A stretch of 64,000 nt of DNA from Nemertoderma westbladi (taxonomy: Eukaryota > Animalia > Xenacoelomorpha): the NCBI GenBank assembly GCA_032718475.1, contig JAUCBJ010005016.1, positions 159,187-223,186 of the forward strand. The letters are read 5' to 3'. Both the position numbers and the translations under genes were made by a program. The notes below the pieces were generated by a model. The model was given only the letters and a program-made list of their open reading frames with translations. It did not search any database and was not told the origin of the DNA. Positions 47,819 through 61,571 of the stretch are shown here, in pieces; position 1 is the first letter of the stretch, and each line of letters starts with the position of its first letter.

Positions 47819-50800
47819 TTATATGTCTGCCTCAAGCATAATAAGATCATGTATAGAACGTTTATAAGTGGTTCCACTGCTATGGGTTAGAATGTCGACA
47901 GAACGAACATTGCCGTATTCATCAGGGTACACACGTGTAATCCGTCCCCAAGGCCACTGTGATCGAGGGATAATTTCTTGTGAGATAAGAACAACGTCAT
48001 TGACTTTCACATCACGTTGTTGTCGTGTCCAGTCCTTTCTGTCTTGAAGAAGACACATATAACCAGTTATCCATTCGTTCCAAAAGCGAGTCGCTAGTAT
48101 CTGACCTTGCTTCCATGTCTTTGTTGAGTAGATGTCGTTATCATCTTGTGAATCCACTGGGACATGATAAGCTGCTCTCTGTAACAATAAATGATTAGGG
48201 GTTAATGGTTCACTTGACTTTGGATCGTTATGGATAGTGGTTATTGGCCTGCTATTCAAAATACCCTCCACTTCGACCATGTACGTATGTAAAACATCCT
48301 CTGAGACTAACTGGTTTTCTAATACGGCTATTAAAATACGTCTGGTTAATTGAACTATTCGTTCATGTAACCCTGCTGTATGTGAAGCATAGGGGGTTAG
48401 AAATTGACATTTGGTTCCTTTATTTCTAACGTATGTCTCGGATGGACCCTGCTCAAGATCAGAAAAAAATGTTATATCAGCTTCTGCCCCTGTAAGATTA
48501 GTGCCGTTATCAGATATTATTTCAACTGGAACGCCCCTACGTGATATAAATCGCCGATAGGCATTAATAAAGGCATCTGATGACTTGTCAACAGCTAGTT
48601 CCAGGTGAATGGCACGAGCGTTCTGGCACACAAAAATAATCATGTAACGCTTTACAGTAATGCGCCCTCTTGTGGCCCTACATGGCCCTATCATGTCCAG
48701 TGAAATGAAAGTAAAAGCATATGCTGTAAACGGGATGATGGTAAGTTAGCCATTATTTGGGTCATGGGGCGCCCTTTTATTTTGTGGCATTGAAAGCAAG
48801 TAGATGTGACAGACCGGGCTACAGCCTGGCTTTTGATTACCCAAAACCGTTCACGCAACTTGCTAACAATATATGAGTAACCAACGTGTCCCAAGCTGGT
48901 ATGAATATATAATATAATAGCTCGAGTTATTGGATTATCATTAGGCAGAATAATTGGAAAAGCCGTATCATAGGGTACTAATGATTGAGCAATACGACTT
49001 GATACACGCATAATGTTGTTCACATCAAGAAAAGGACAGAATTTTCTCAAGGAACTATTAAACAAAATATTCTTACCTAAAGACAGGCGTGTATATTCGT
49101 TGGGAAATGATATTTTTTGAGCATAACGAAATATACATTTTTGTGCATTTTCCATATCACGGGCGGTGATATTTGGTGACGCTAACATTGCCTGTCTAGA
49201 TGTTGGATTATATAAGTAGTGACAATAGCGAATGATGTAGGCGATTTTTACCTGCAACTTAATCCAAGATGATGTTGTAGAAATCAGATAATTTAATCGC
49301 TCGTCTATTGTTAAATTTCGTGTTTTCTGAAATAAGGCATGGCGACGCTTGTTTTTAAGAACAAGATGAGCTTTACGAGTTCCAGCAATCAAACAATCGG
49401 CCCCATAAGAATCACTATGTGCCCCTTTCTGTTCACTCTTATTTGTTGTTACGTCTAAGTGTTCAGCTGATTCAAATTTAGACTCAGAATATTCAAGAAT
49501 ATCGGTTAACATATTGGCTACAATATTTACCTGTGGTTCTGGCTCCTCCAATTCTACCTGAAGAGCAAGTTCTGTAGCTTCAACATGTGACACTTTAATG
49601 TCCAGATCGTTTTCACTAAATACATACAAACCTGGTTGAAAAGGCAATTGCCAATTCGACTCTGCTTCAGATAGAAATTTTGGGCCGTACCACCAACATC
49701 TTGAATTGAGTAGTACTTTGGCATCTACTCCACGACTTACTAAATCGGCAGGGTTTTCCTTACCTGCAACATGTCGCCATTGATTCGTTTGAGTGTAACT
49801 ATGAATGAGAGCAAGTCGATTGGCTACAAATCGTTTAAAGGATTTAGTAACATTGTTGATTTGACATAACACAACAGTGGAATCTGTCCAAAAATGAACT
49901 TCTACCTGAAAATCTAATTCTCCTTGAACGATTTTCGCACTGGTTGCAGCTAACACTGCGGCAACTAATTCTTTATGTGGGGTTGAACTGCTATCATGGA
50001 TACCGAAAACCTTACCTTTACTAAAAACTAAAGATATGTCAATAGTTTCTGTAGTGCAGCGACGTAGATATAAGACAGCACCAAATGCTTTCTCTGATGC
50101 GTCGGCAAAGCAATGTATTGATATGTTGAGATGTTTGTCGGACCGGTGTGATAAGCCAAGGGAATACTCAGAGCCTTCAACTCACTTACCTGTTCGATCC
50201 ACTTTAACCATGATCGTTGGAGTTCGTTTGAAATTATGTCCTTCCAACCGTATTCAGCTTTCCAAATGGATTGCAAAACTAATTTTCCTTTAACAAGAAA
50301 AGGAGATAAAAATCCGAGAGGATCAAATATCGACATATACTGACTAAGACAACCGCATTTCGTAAGTGGACGCACACGGTGAGTGGACTTAAAAGTTAAT
50401 AAGTCTGTTTCTGGTTCCCAGATAACACCTAAAGCTCGGGTTACCGGTAGTTTGTCGAGATCAAGATCGATGGGTTGAGCTATAATTCCCAAGGGCTCGA
50501 TAGCTCTGAGAAATTTACGAGAATTTGAATGGAATTTCTTAAGATTAAACCCACCCTTTGCTAAGCACTGGATTAATGAATATGAAAGCTTTATTGCCTC
50601 GGCTACAGTTTCAACTGATGGGAGACCATCATCTACATAGAATGAACGTTCAATAACCTCTGCAACTTCAGTACCAAACTGATCTGCGTTATCCCATCCA
50701 CATTGTTTAACTGTGTTACAAGCAATGGATTGAGAACAACGGGCTCCAAAAATATGTCGCAACATTTTGTAAACAATAATGTGCTTATGACCGGGAGGCT

Positions 50801-53800
50801 TCCATAAAATGCGCAAGCTATCGCTGTCTTCATCAGTTACTCTTATCTGGTGGTACATTCCCTCAATATCACAAATGAAGGCTACTGATTTCTGACGGAA
50901 ACGGAGAAGTACTCCTATAAGAGAGGAAACTTGATTTGGGCCATCTAGGAGCTGAGTGTTTAATGACATACCTTTATATGATGCAGCAGCATCGTTGACA
51001 ATCCTTATCTTGCCGGGTTTGTTTATATTCTCCACATAGTGGTGCGGCAAATAATAAGTTTGCTGTGAAGAAATGTTAGCTTCTTTGGAAGACATCTTAA
51101 TAGCGTATCCCTTTTCTTCATATTCCTTTAATTGATTATCATACATGACATATTTATCATGATTAGATTCTAGACGTTTCAATAATTGATTTAATCGGCG
51201 TTTCGCTAATGGGTAATTATTTATAAGAGAAGGGGGGTTTGATTTCCACAGCATACTCACCATATAGCGGCCATTTACTAACCTTGAACTTTCCTTTAGA
51301 ATATCTAAAGCGTAAGAATCATTACGAGATAATGTCAAGTCTTCATCACTACTAAATTCAGTTTTAACTAATCCTTCTATACCAAGTGATTGTTTAACTA
51401 ATGACACTAAATTAGAATCGATGGATTCGTCAGACATTTTATTTATTTGAAATTGCTGTCGATCCTTATAAGGGATACTTGGAACGGGACCAATAATACA
51501 CCAACCAAATATGGACTATGGATGGTGTATCATCACCACCGAAAACGAAACGGTCTTCAAAAATTGCAAATGGATAATCACGTCCAAGTAAAATTGTTAC
51601 TTGCGGAATATCAATAATCTCCTGTTGACTTAATTCTGGCAACAATTTACTTGTGTGAGGCCATTGTCCTAAATTAATTTGGTTCACGTTGTAATTATAA
51701 TCATATTTGTAATTATCAACCACATACATTTGTTCTGCTTCCAACGTGTAACCTTCATTTGCTCCTAACTTGTTTGGTAGAGGGCGTATGGAACAATCAA
51801 CCTTACCTGCTTTTCCGACAGTGGAATTAAACACAGCTTTAACATTAAGGTTAATATTGTAACTTACCTGAACTCCAAGATAGTCAATAACAAACTTATC
51901 TATAAGTGATGTTGTACTTCCTCCATCCAATAATGCGTAGGTAGAAATGGATAGGGAGTTTATCGTTATCATGACAGGAACAACTGGCAACCATACAGAA
52001 TGCAATGCTGTTGTGTGTGAGACTGACCTAGGATTCTGTGATATGGAAGAGGAAGAAATATTCATATTTGAATTTGATGACAAATTCGTTTCAGTCTGAT
52101 TCAAAACATCATTGTCTGAAACTGCAATAATGTTTGTAGTATTAATAGATGAGTGCATTGAAGGAGGCTTATGCAAAAGTACATTATGATCACCTGTGCA
52201 ACCATATATTGGACACACCATAGTAGATTGGCAATTTTGTGCTTCATGCTTAGGATTTAAACATCGGCGACAAATATGTGCCTTCTCTATATATGCGCCA
52301 CGTGAATCACAATTTAGTGCCAGAAATGTTTCACACCTGTATATAGGGTGGTTGCCTTTGCAAAACAAACACGTTAGAATTCTCTTAGATTTACTGTTTT
52401 GTGAAACACTTGAATTTGATGCAGACTTGACCAATGGAACATCATTATTATTTGATGTCGATGTTCGCAAAAGGCTACTCACTGCTGGTGCTGCATCAGT
52501 TTTCATACTTGTTACTTTAAAAGGTTTGTTTACCATGCCTTGCGTTGGTACAGCGTTACGTCTGGTCGTTTCACACTCAGATGAAAGAAAGTAAACGGGA
52601 TCGTTTGCAAATTCTGCCTCATCCTTTATGAATGAAGCTAATTCACTCAAAATTGGTTCGCGTCTATATTTGCGGCGTATGATAACAGCCTGTCTACACC
52701 AGCGCCTTTGCATACGTTCATCGAGATTCAAAAATATTTTTCTTAAATGTGCTGATGAATTCAATTCACCAGTAGATATAAAATGTTTTAAAACTAAAAC
52801 GTGTTGGTTTAATTTGTCAGCATAGGCTCTGAGTTTTAGACGGCGTTGGTCAATTGTGCCACTTTTCAAATCTGCTGTGGCAGTTAAATCTGCCACTACC
52901 TGTTCAACTATTACACTTGGATGCCCATAACGGTCATGCAATGCTGACCAGGCTGCATCATAGCCCCCAGGAATTCCAGAATATCCCTTTATTAAACTCT
53001 GAGGCTCCGGTCCAAGGTATTTGAATAAGGCATTAAATTTCTTCACTTCTGTTAATTTTAAGGACTCTATATGTGCCACAAATGTAGCTACAAAAGGCAA
53101 GTATAATCCTGGCTCACCGCCATATTTCCAAGGTTCTGATACTGGTGCGGACATCTTAGTGTGCATTCTCTCAATGGCCGCAATTGTGAGTTGGTTAGTC
53201 ATATTGAATGCGGTGAGTAACTGAGATTGGGTATCAGTGGCTGTGGCTGCTGCATCATAATGCTGAGCAGAATGTTGTGGCTGGGATATGCCTGCTGCAT
53301 AAGAACTTGGAGGCATATTAGTGTTTGTCATAGATGGGTAAGTTGATCCCTGAAAAAAACTGGAAGGATCTGTCCCATAGGGATTATTTGGGTTAGTCCC
53401 CTCGTGAGAGGTTGAATTTACGTAAGAATTTTCCCCATTGAATAAATCATTACACACGTCTCCAATGGTACCAGATAACGTCACATTTGGGGCAAAATTC
53501 GTAGGTGTTATAGTAGACATTAAGTTTTGTCGATTTGTACTATTATCGTATAGGTTGGGCACAAAAATACTATTTCTATGACTGTTACCTAGTGGGCATT
53601 CTGTTGGGTTTGAGACGCCAACATATGGACTAGATGTGCCACCCTGAAAATTGGAAGTTAAAAATCTAGGCTTAGAATCAAATGTTGCGGATATTGGCCT
53701 AGAAAATGATTTAATATAAGAATCAGAAGGTATCATTGAGTTTGACATTGACTGGCTGACATCTGAAATATAAGTATTATTATTATCTAAATCAAGTGGT

Positions 53801-55192
53801 AGTAATTCTTGTTGCGAAGTAAAACACGGCTGAAATTTATTTTGAGCCTGCAAATAATTACTTGAATTAGCGGGAACATGCGCAGTGTTCCTGAGCGTCT
53901 TAGCGCCTGAGGAACTGGTAAGTGTAGTTATCCCTATACCTGTTGTTGTATTCTGAGTAAATGAAGGTATATCAAGATAATATATATTTCCAGCTGATGA
54001 AACAGGAACAGTATTGGAACAGTAATGCAGCTCCATTGCTACAAGGATAGGTAGATTGTGGCATCAAACAATAATTATTTCTAGCAAAATCTATCGATTT
54101 TCCTCCATGGGTGTGTGAGTAGGGTTGCTGCTGTCGGTGAAATGTGTTTTCCCCTACACTACTGCATGTTTTACTTTTGCTTTCCTCTGAAACTGGTAAA
54201 TTAAATTCTACTGTAGTTTCTGGATTTTGTAATTCTATCTCAGTTAAATGTGAAAGCGATTTTTCTTCTTGCAATGCTATGGCAGCTTTTAATTCAGCGA
54301 ATTTTAGTTCGTCTTGCGCTGCAGCTTGTTTAATATCCTTAACTTCAGCCTCAGCTTGCTTTAATTGTGTTTCCCTTTGTTTAAGTTGTATTAGCTGCTG
54401 CAACTGTAATTCCTTGCGTTTTCGCTCACTTTCTGTTTGCAAAGTTCGGCGTTTAGCAGCCGATAATTGAGAGGTTCTAGAGATTCTGGTATCCTTAGAG
54501 GACAAAGAAGATGCTCCGTTTGAGTTACCAGAAAGGGGTACAATCGGTAAATTTTCCGCTCGAAATGTAACTGTACCTCTAGTGACAGGGGGAGGAGTTA
54601 AAAATTCATCCCCAGAACCAAAACCAGTTAATTGCGCTGGTTGTTTAATTACATTTGGATGCCTTTGGTCAACACGTGATGTCACTGGCGTATCATAACT
54701 ACCTATGGCGTCACGCATTGAGGCTATCTTGTTTTCTATAGAAGCTATGAGCGAAACTGATTCGTTAAATACCTTATCAGCTTCCTCGCGTGCGTGTTGC
54801 TGCCTCAAATATTGGAGGACTGTGGAATAAATTTCCTGTATCTCTAATTTTAGTTGTGTACACTCACAATATAACTTATTTAGCTCTTCTTTACCAAATT
54901 TCGATCTACCAGCTAGAAAAATATTATAATTTTTTGTAAATGCTGATTTATGTCCTCCTAATATTCGTTTGAAGCTGGTACTGCTTGAAGACCGCGCGAT
55001 TTGCGGTACTGCGTCCCTTTGGTTAGTACCAATAGAGTCAGCGGCCCTCCGACGGCTATTGGGACTAATCAAAGATAAATCTACAGAGCCACTTACCGTT
55101 TCATTTAAGTTAGAATCCTCGAGGAACTCTGAGACTTCTTCTTCAGCTGTTTCCCCCTCACTGAAGCTGTATAAGGAATCACGATCATCCAT
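47819..55192 (-). pseudogene. Frameshifted BEL/Pao gag-pol, split into five ORFs
   Basis: Gag KYGGEPGLY, Zn knuckles CLFCKGNHPIYRC, CRRCLNPKH and CPIYGCTGDHNVLLH, protease ALLDGGS, RT DIEGMYHQI and YVDD, RNase H HCFADAS (out of frame) and NPADLVSRG, integrase SDNGTNL. Frame breaks near 54030, 51500, 50117 and 48725. Confidence 0.93.
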
Positions 55193-55439
55193 ACTTCTTC
55201 AGTAAATAAATGGTATAGATCTAAACTACTGTACAATAATGGCACAGTTCTATACGCTAGGTTGTAAATTAAAATTTAAACGCAATTTAAATTTACATAA
55301 ATTTGATTAATTAAATTGAAGATAAGAGTTAAATGTTGTTGGAGAAACCAATCGTTTAAACTAGATTAGCTGCTCAATTTAAAATTTATTAATAATTAAA
55401 TGATAATTTTGTATTCAAAAATTATTTTATCTGACACAA

Positions 55440-55449
55440 TGTTTTATAC
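55440..55449 (-). promoter_or_regulatory. Non-tRNA primer-binding site of element 2 (GTATAAAACA on -)
   Basis: Abuts the 5' LTR end, has no TGG, and is complementary to the LTR segment 55657-55666. Confidence 0.7.
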
Positions 55450-55956
55450 TGTGACGACTGAGGCCAAGTCGTGGGTTTTTTTGGTAACTGTAATATGACG
55501 CAGCGTCATCGCGTATTGTTACCAAGCTATATGCAGGCCTGAAACAGGGACACCGCAGATAGCTTCAACTTTGATAATAGAAAACATAAAGTATAAAAGA
55601 AGCTTTCATGTTTATTCACAGTATATCTATAACAATACAAATTGATTCTTGGCAGCGTATAAAACAGTGAGCAATAACTAATCTTCACAACTAATAATTA
55701 TGTGGCCTAAAGCTAAAATGGACCCTCCACCTAATATATATACATTGTCAACCTAATCTACGTGAGTGATAATAGAGGTGAATTCAGTGCATTGCAAGGC
55801 CAATCAGCTATTGGCTAGTTTATTATCTGGGATTCCCTCGACTGATTGGGCTTAAGCAATGCTTTGAATGTTTCCTCTTGGTGAAAGCAATGTAGGCCTA
55901 TAATAAATGATTGCAGATTGGAATCGGGGTTTGATGGGCATGCTACAGCCGTGACA
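55450..55956 (-). repeat. Element 2 5' LTR (507 bp)
   Basis: TG...CA ends. TATA-like run at ~55734-55742, CCAAT boxes, and hairpin ACGACT-GAGGCCA-AGTCGT next to the U5 end. Confidence 0.96.
55657..55666 (-). promoter_or_regulatory. Candidate self-primer segment in the element 2 LTR (TGTTTTATAC on -)
   Basis: Reverse complement of the PBS-position 10-mer, overlapped at its 5' end on - by Inr-like CTCACT. Also present in the other LTR at 46371-46380. Confidence 0.68.
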
Positions 55957-55961
55957 TTGTG

Positions 55962-56192
55962 TCAAGTACAAAGCACACATCTCTAACCAGACATTATATA
56001 ACATTGGAGGTGTCTCATTGGTACCTCCAAGCTTGACACTAGAACAAAACCGCCTCCGCTTTGCATGATATTACTTTCGCCGTGAGGACCAGCCAGTGCA
56101 TAATCTTCATTGAGACGTATCTTAAAGGACACTGGGCTTGAAGATGCGGATGATCTAGCAAATGTCATGGGTGATAGGGAGTTGCGGAGGTG
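55962..56192 (+). pseudogene. Old RTE-like LINE 3' remnant next to element 2
   Basis: Broken frames give KYKAHISNQTLY, LEQNRLRFA and LKDTGLEDADDLANVMGDRELRR, similar to the RTE C-terminus at 42113. Confidence 0.6.
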
Positions 56193-56796
56193 CAACTTTG
56201 TCGATAAGCCGGTACAGCATTCTTAATATATTAATGTAATATATATATAATGCAGCTGCAATGCCGCATGCCGATTGTAGTAGTAGTAGTAGGAACCCTT
56301 ATCATAATCATACATATGAAATAATGTGAAAAAAGTGGTTGACTTTAAAAACAAACAGGCAGTATAATAGTAGCAGTCAAATGTATTATTAAAACACTTA
56401 TACTAATCAACACTAATTTAACCATAACACCAATAATAAATAATACACTAATCAAATAACCAATCAGCTTTAACTAAAACACTTTAACCTAACCAATAAA
56501 CTGTAAATGAATGTAAAAGATAATCAGCTCAATTATATATAATGCTTATATATTTTAAATTGGAAATCAATTGAAAACAAAAATTACCATTTTGGCCAAA
56601 TGGCCAATGGAATATTTGTAATTAAAATTCACATTTGTAACTGTAGGCCTATATAAATAATAATAAAACGGATTTGAAAGAAAATAATATCGAATAATAT
56701 CAAACCCGCTATCAAACGCGCCATATTGTAAATTATTTAAAATTATTAAATAAATTATATAATATACAAAAGGGATAGGGGGATATTATCTTTTAA

Positions 56797-59020
56797 ATAA
56801 TGTATGTCAGCTGTAACCTATTAACTGTTACTGTTCTATATAACTAAATATTGTATGTGTCTGCTGTAACCTAGAAACTGTTACTGTTCTATATAACTAA
56901 ATATTGTATGTGTCAGCTGTAACCTAGAAACTGTTACTGTTCTATATAACTAAATATTGTATGTGTCAGCTGTAACCTAGAAACTGTTACTATTCTATAT
57001 AAATAAGTATTGTATGTGTCTGCTGTAACCTAGTAACTGTTACTATTCTATATAACTAAATATTGTATGTGTCTGCTGTAACCTAGTAACTGTTACTATT
57101 CTATATAACTAAATATTGTATATGTCTGCTGTATCCTAGTAACTGTTACTATTCTATATAACTAAATATTGTATGTGTCAGCTGTAACCTAGTAACTGTT
57201 ACTATTCTATATAACTAAATATTGTATGTGTCTGCTGTAACCTAGTAACTGTTACTATTCTATATAAATAAATATTGTATGTGTCTGCTGTAACCTAGTA
57301 ACTGTTACTATTCTATATAACTAAATATTGTATGTCTCTGCTGTAACCTAGTAACTGTTACTATTCTATATAACTAAATATTGTATGTGTCTGCTGTAAC
57401 CTAGAAACTGTTACTATTCTATATAACTAAATATTGTATGTGTCTGCTGTAACCTAGTAACTGTTACTATTCTATTTAACTAAATATTGTATGTGTCAGC
57501 TGTAACCTAGTAACTGTTACTGTTCTATATAACTAAATATTGTATGTGTCTGCTGTAACCTAGTAACTGTTACTATTCTATATAAATAAATATTGTATGT
57601 GTCAGCTGTAACCTAGTAACTGTTACTATTCTATATAACTAAATATTGTATGTGTCTGCTGTAACCTAGAAACTGTTACTATTCTATATAAATAAATATT
57701 GTATATGTCAGCTGTAACCTAGTAACTGTTACTATTCTATATAACTAAATATTGTATATGTCTGCTGTAACCTAGTAACTGTTACTATTCTATATAAATA
57801 AATATTGTATATGTCTGCTGTAACCTAGTAACTGTTACTATTCTATATAACTAAATATTGTATGTGTCAGCTGTAACCTAGTAACTGTTACTATTCTATA
57901 TAACTAAATATTGTATGTGTCAGCTGTAACCTAGTAACTGTTACTATTCTATATAAATAAATATTGTATGTGTCAGCTGTAACCTAGAAACTGTTACTAG
58001 TCTATATAAATAAATATTGTATGTGTCTGCTGTAACCTAGAAACTGTTACTATTCTATATAACTAAATATTGTATGTGTCTGCTGTAACCTAGTAACTGT
58101 TACTATTCTATTTAACTAAATATTGTATGTGTCTGCTGTAACCTAGTAACTGTTACTATTCTATATAACTAAATATTGTATGTGTCTGCTGTAACCTAGT
58201 AACTGTTACTATTCTATATAAATAAATATTGTATGTGTCAGCTGTAACCTAGTAACTGTTACTATTCTATATAACTAAATATTGTATGTGTCTGCTGTAA
58301 CCTAGAAACTGTTACTATTCTATATAAATAAATATTGTATATGTCAGCTGTAACCTAGTAACTGTTACTATTCTATATAACTAAATATTGTATATGTCTG
58401 CTGTAACCTAGTAACTGTTACTATTCTATATAAATAAATATTGTATATGTCTGCTGTAACCTAGTAACTGTTACTATTCTATATAGCTAAATATTGTATG
58501 TGTCAGCTGTAACCTAGTAACTGTTACTATTCTATATAACTAAATATTGTATGTGTCAGCTGTAACCTAGTAACTGTTACTATTCTATATAAATAAATAT
58601 TGTATATGTCAGCTGTAACCTAGTAACTGTTACTATTCTATATAACTAAATATTGTATATGTCTGCTGTAACCTAGTAACTGTTACTATTCTATATAACT
58701 AAATATTGTATATGTCAGCTGTAACCTAGTAACTGTTACTATTCTATATAACTAAATATTGTATATGTCTGCTGTAACCTAGTAACTGTTACTATTCTAT
58801 ATAAATAAATATTGTTTGTGTCTGCTGTAACCTAGTAACTGTTACTATTCTATATAACTAAATATTGTATGTGTCTGCTGTAACCTAGAAACTGTTACTA
58901 TTCTATATAACTAAATATTGTATGTGTCAGCTGTAACCTAGTAACTGTTACTATTCTATATAAATAAATATTGTATGTGTCAGCTGTAACCTAGAAACTG
59001 TTACTAGTCTATATAAATAC
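56797..59020. repeat. 53-bp AT-rich satellite (~42 copies)
   Basis: Unit CTGTAACCTAGTAACTGTTACTATTCTATATAACTAAATATTGTATGTGTCTG with period 53 (56811 to 56864). Confidence 0.97.
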
Positions 59021-60200
59021 ATATATTTAGCACACTGTCATCTGATTAGAGGCGATCAAAAGTAAAACTATAAACTATAAACTGTATCGATTTTGTGTTT
59101 CTAAAACAAAGTTCTACTTCCATAAGGTAATCTTTACGAATGAAAATAAAGACCAATAGGTAAACAGCACAAAATTGAATACGGATCGGAAAGGCTAAGA
59201 AACAAAAAAAAATATTTGTTTCTTTGTACTAAATTTCACTCTATAGGCCTATTTTTGGAACAGCGCAGAATTGTCCCGAATATATTTGTAAGTAACCGAC
59301 CAGATTACAGACATTAGTGATAGGATCTGGCCTTATAGTTATTGATATAATAATATTTTTTATATCGCCAAAGACTTTAAAAATAAATTATTAGATACAC
59401 ACAAGCAATGAATAATGTCCAGATAAACATGTAAAATAAGGAAAGATGAGATTATATAAATTTTTAAATTAATATTGTTCAATAATAACCTTAATTAAAG
59501 GCTTTAAATTCTTCTAGTATTGTTACTTCTACAACTGCGAGATTGTTGTACCTATTTTTAGGCACCTGATTGCGGAGGTCAGGTATGCGAAGTGTGGCTT
59601 AGAGATTTACATATCTTTCCTATGTAAACCAACGTGGTAAAGTAATACATTAATTTTACCAAAAAATAAGATCACATTAATGATGCATTTCATAATTAAA
59701 TGTAATTCATTTATTAATATTTGGCAATAATATTGTACACAATGACCAAGACAAAGCGGTGCTAGGAATTTGTAAAAACTAACATATAAGATACATTACT
59801 TACAATTACATATACAGTCATACCAAATTATTGGGATGTATCAAACGTATTTTATGCATAAATTGTAATAACGTACTGAAATGACCGGTGTAAAGTTTAA
59901 GAATAACGTCCCCCAGTCACCGCCCCACAGTTTACTCGATGACATGGGCGGTCTAGTACGCCTTTTTTTTATGACTAACAGAACATTCAATCTCTGTATG
60001 GCGGAACTGAAATATTTAAAAATCACAACGAAAACACGTGCAGCTATAGCCCAGAAAAGTAAAAGAACAACAATCCATCTAATAAGAGAATCCGAGTAAA
60101 TAGTCTCCATAAACACAACAATATGGATCTATGCAATAATTTAATTTATGGCAAATAAGCAATGATTTGACTCCATTCTCGATATTATATTTGTTAGAAG

Positions 60201-60819
60201 TAGGGTTTAATAAATTCATGACCCAGAAAATTACCCATGAAACTTTTTAATTTTTTGTGAAATATATTGAATTTTTTAAATTTTTAAATTTAACAATGCG
60301 GGGGGTGGATGTGGGGGGATGAGGGGTATCTGTGTGACTTATGAGGCTTATGTGGCAGTAACCCCCCCTCCCCCCACCCCCTTCCGGTCAGTCAGAATCG
60401 CTACCACCCGTACGGTACACGATTTAATTAATATAATAGGGCCTATAACAACTTACTATTGATGATTTTCACTTTAATCGAGGATTATTAATGTACAGTA
60501 GTGGGAGGAGGCAGAGCCAGAACACATTGTAGTAAAACAGTCTAACTCTAACAACTACTACTAGGATCGGCATGCTGCATTGCAGCTGCATTTTTAAGAA
60601 TGCTGTGCCGGCTTTATGTGCCGGCACTAACTCTAAAATAAACTATATCAAACAGTCTAAAATTAACAAAGCTGTAATGGACTAGTCACGAAAGAGATGA
60701 GTCGGTGAATTACTCTAATTGCAATAAATTTCATGGAATTAAAAAAATTTTAAATTTCAAAAATTTCATTGAAATATTTCACGTGAAATATTTCATGTTT
60801 ATGAATTTTTTAAACCGTA
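60201..60819. mobile_element. Possible degenerate hAT-like MITE
   Basis: Imperfect TIRs TAGGGTTTAATAAATTCATGA and TTATGAATTTTTTAAACCGTA, with near-TSD GTTAGAAG / GTTTGAAG offset by 3 bp. Confidence 0.4.
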
Positions 60820-61112
60820 GTAGTTTGAAGTAGAGCTTTGAAATAATAAGGAAATCAACCTTTCCAGTTTTATTTACTATAGGTTGTTTATTGGTAAGTA
60901 ATGTATTGCACCATACGTTACCAACTTTAAATGATTTACCAGAGTGTTTAGAAAAATATATACGAGCTATGTATTTATTAAATATACTAGCTATTTATAT
61001 TAAATATGTTTGTTTATGAAAATACTGTAATAGCGTTTTAAATCAATTTTATTCAACTTTGGTTATATGTTAATAAAGAGTTAGTTAATAGTCGATTGAG
61101 GTAAGGCAATAT

Positions 61113-61571
61113 CAATAAGAATTAAGTTTTATTTACTGTTTTAATATAATAAAATAAATATAACTATATTTCAAGGGCTAATGGCCCACATTGTCAATAA
61201 TCAACTGAATGTAAACAGAATTAATGAATTATTACAGCTACCTATTTATGAAATGTTTTTAACAGTACAAAGGTACCTAACTACCTAACTACTAAATTAC
61301 TATACGCACAAAATTATTTAATTTTCAGGAACCCCCCGCTTTCCAAGGGGGGTTCCTGAAAATTAAATAATTTTGTGCGTATAGTAATTTAGTAGTTAGG
61401 TAGTTAGGTACCTTTGTACTGTTAAAAACATTTCATAAATAGGTAGCTGTAATAATTCATTAATTCTGTTTACATTCAGTTGATTATTGACAATGTGGGC
61501 CATTAGCCCTTGAAATATAGTTATATTTATTTTATTATATTAAAACAGTAAATAAAACTTAATTCTTATTG
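61113..61571. repeat. Perfect 225-bp inverted repeat with a 9-nt loop
   Basis: 61113-61337 is the reverse complement of 61347-61571, with loop GCTTTCCAA. Confidence 0.95.

Larger units (their letters stand above)
46164..55956 (-). mobile_element. BEL/Pao LTR retrotransposon, element 2 (9793 bp)
   Basis: 507-bp LTRs at 46164-46670 and 55450-55956 (TGTCAC...GTCACA on -), perfect TSD TTGTG (46159-46163 and 55957-55961), PPT CAGAGGGGAC on - at 46671-46680, and BEL/Pao gag-pol motifs. Confidence 0.97.

Noticed and set aside
53972-54036. Programmed ribosomal frameshift between the 406-aa and 856-aa ORFs
   Set aside because: No clear slippery heptamer was seen, BEL/Pao typically use one ORF, and three more frame breaks fall within or between pol domains.
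56204-60615. Inverted copies of a ~65-bp motif (AAGCCGG.ACAGCATTCTT…TGCAGCTGCAATGC.GCATGCCGAT) as TIRs of one element enclosing the 53-bp satellite
   Set aside because: No TSD was found and the right copy appears nested in another putative MITE. Two independent insertions of a small dispersed repeat is the simpler reading.
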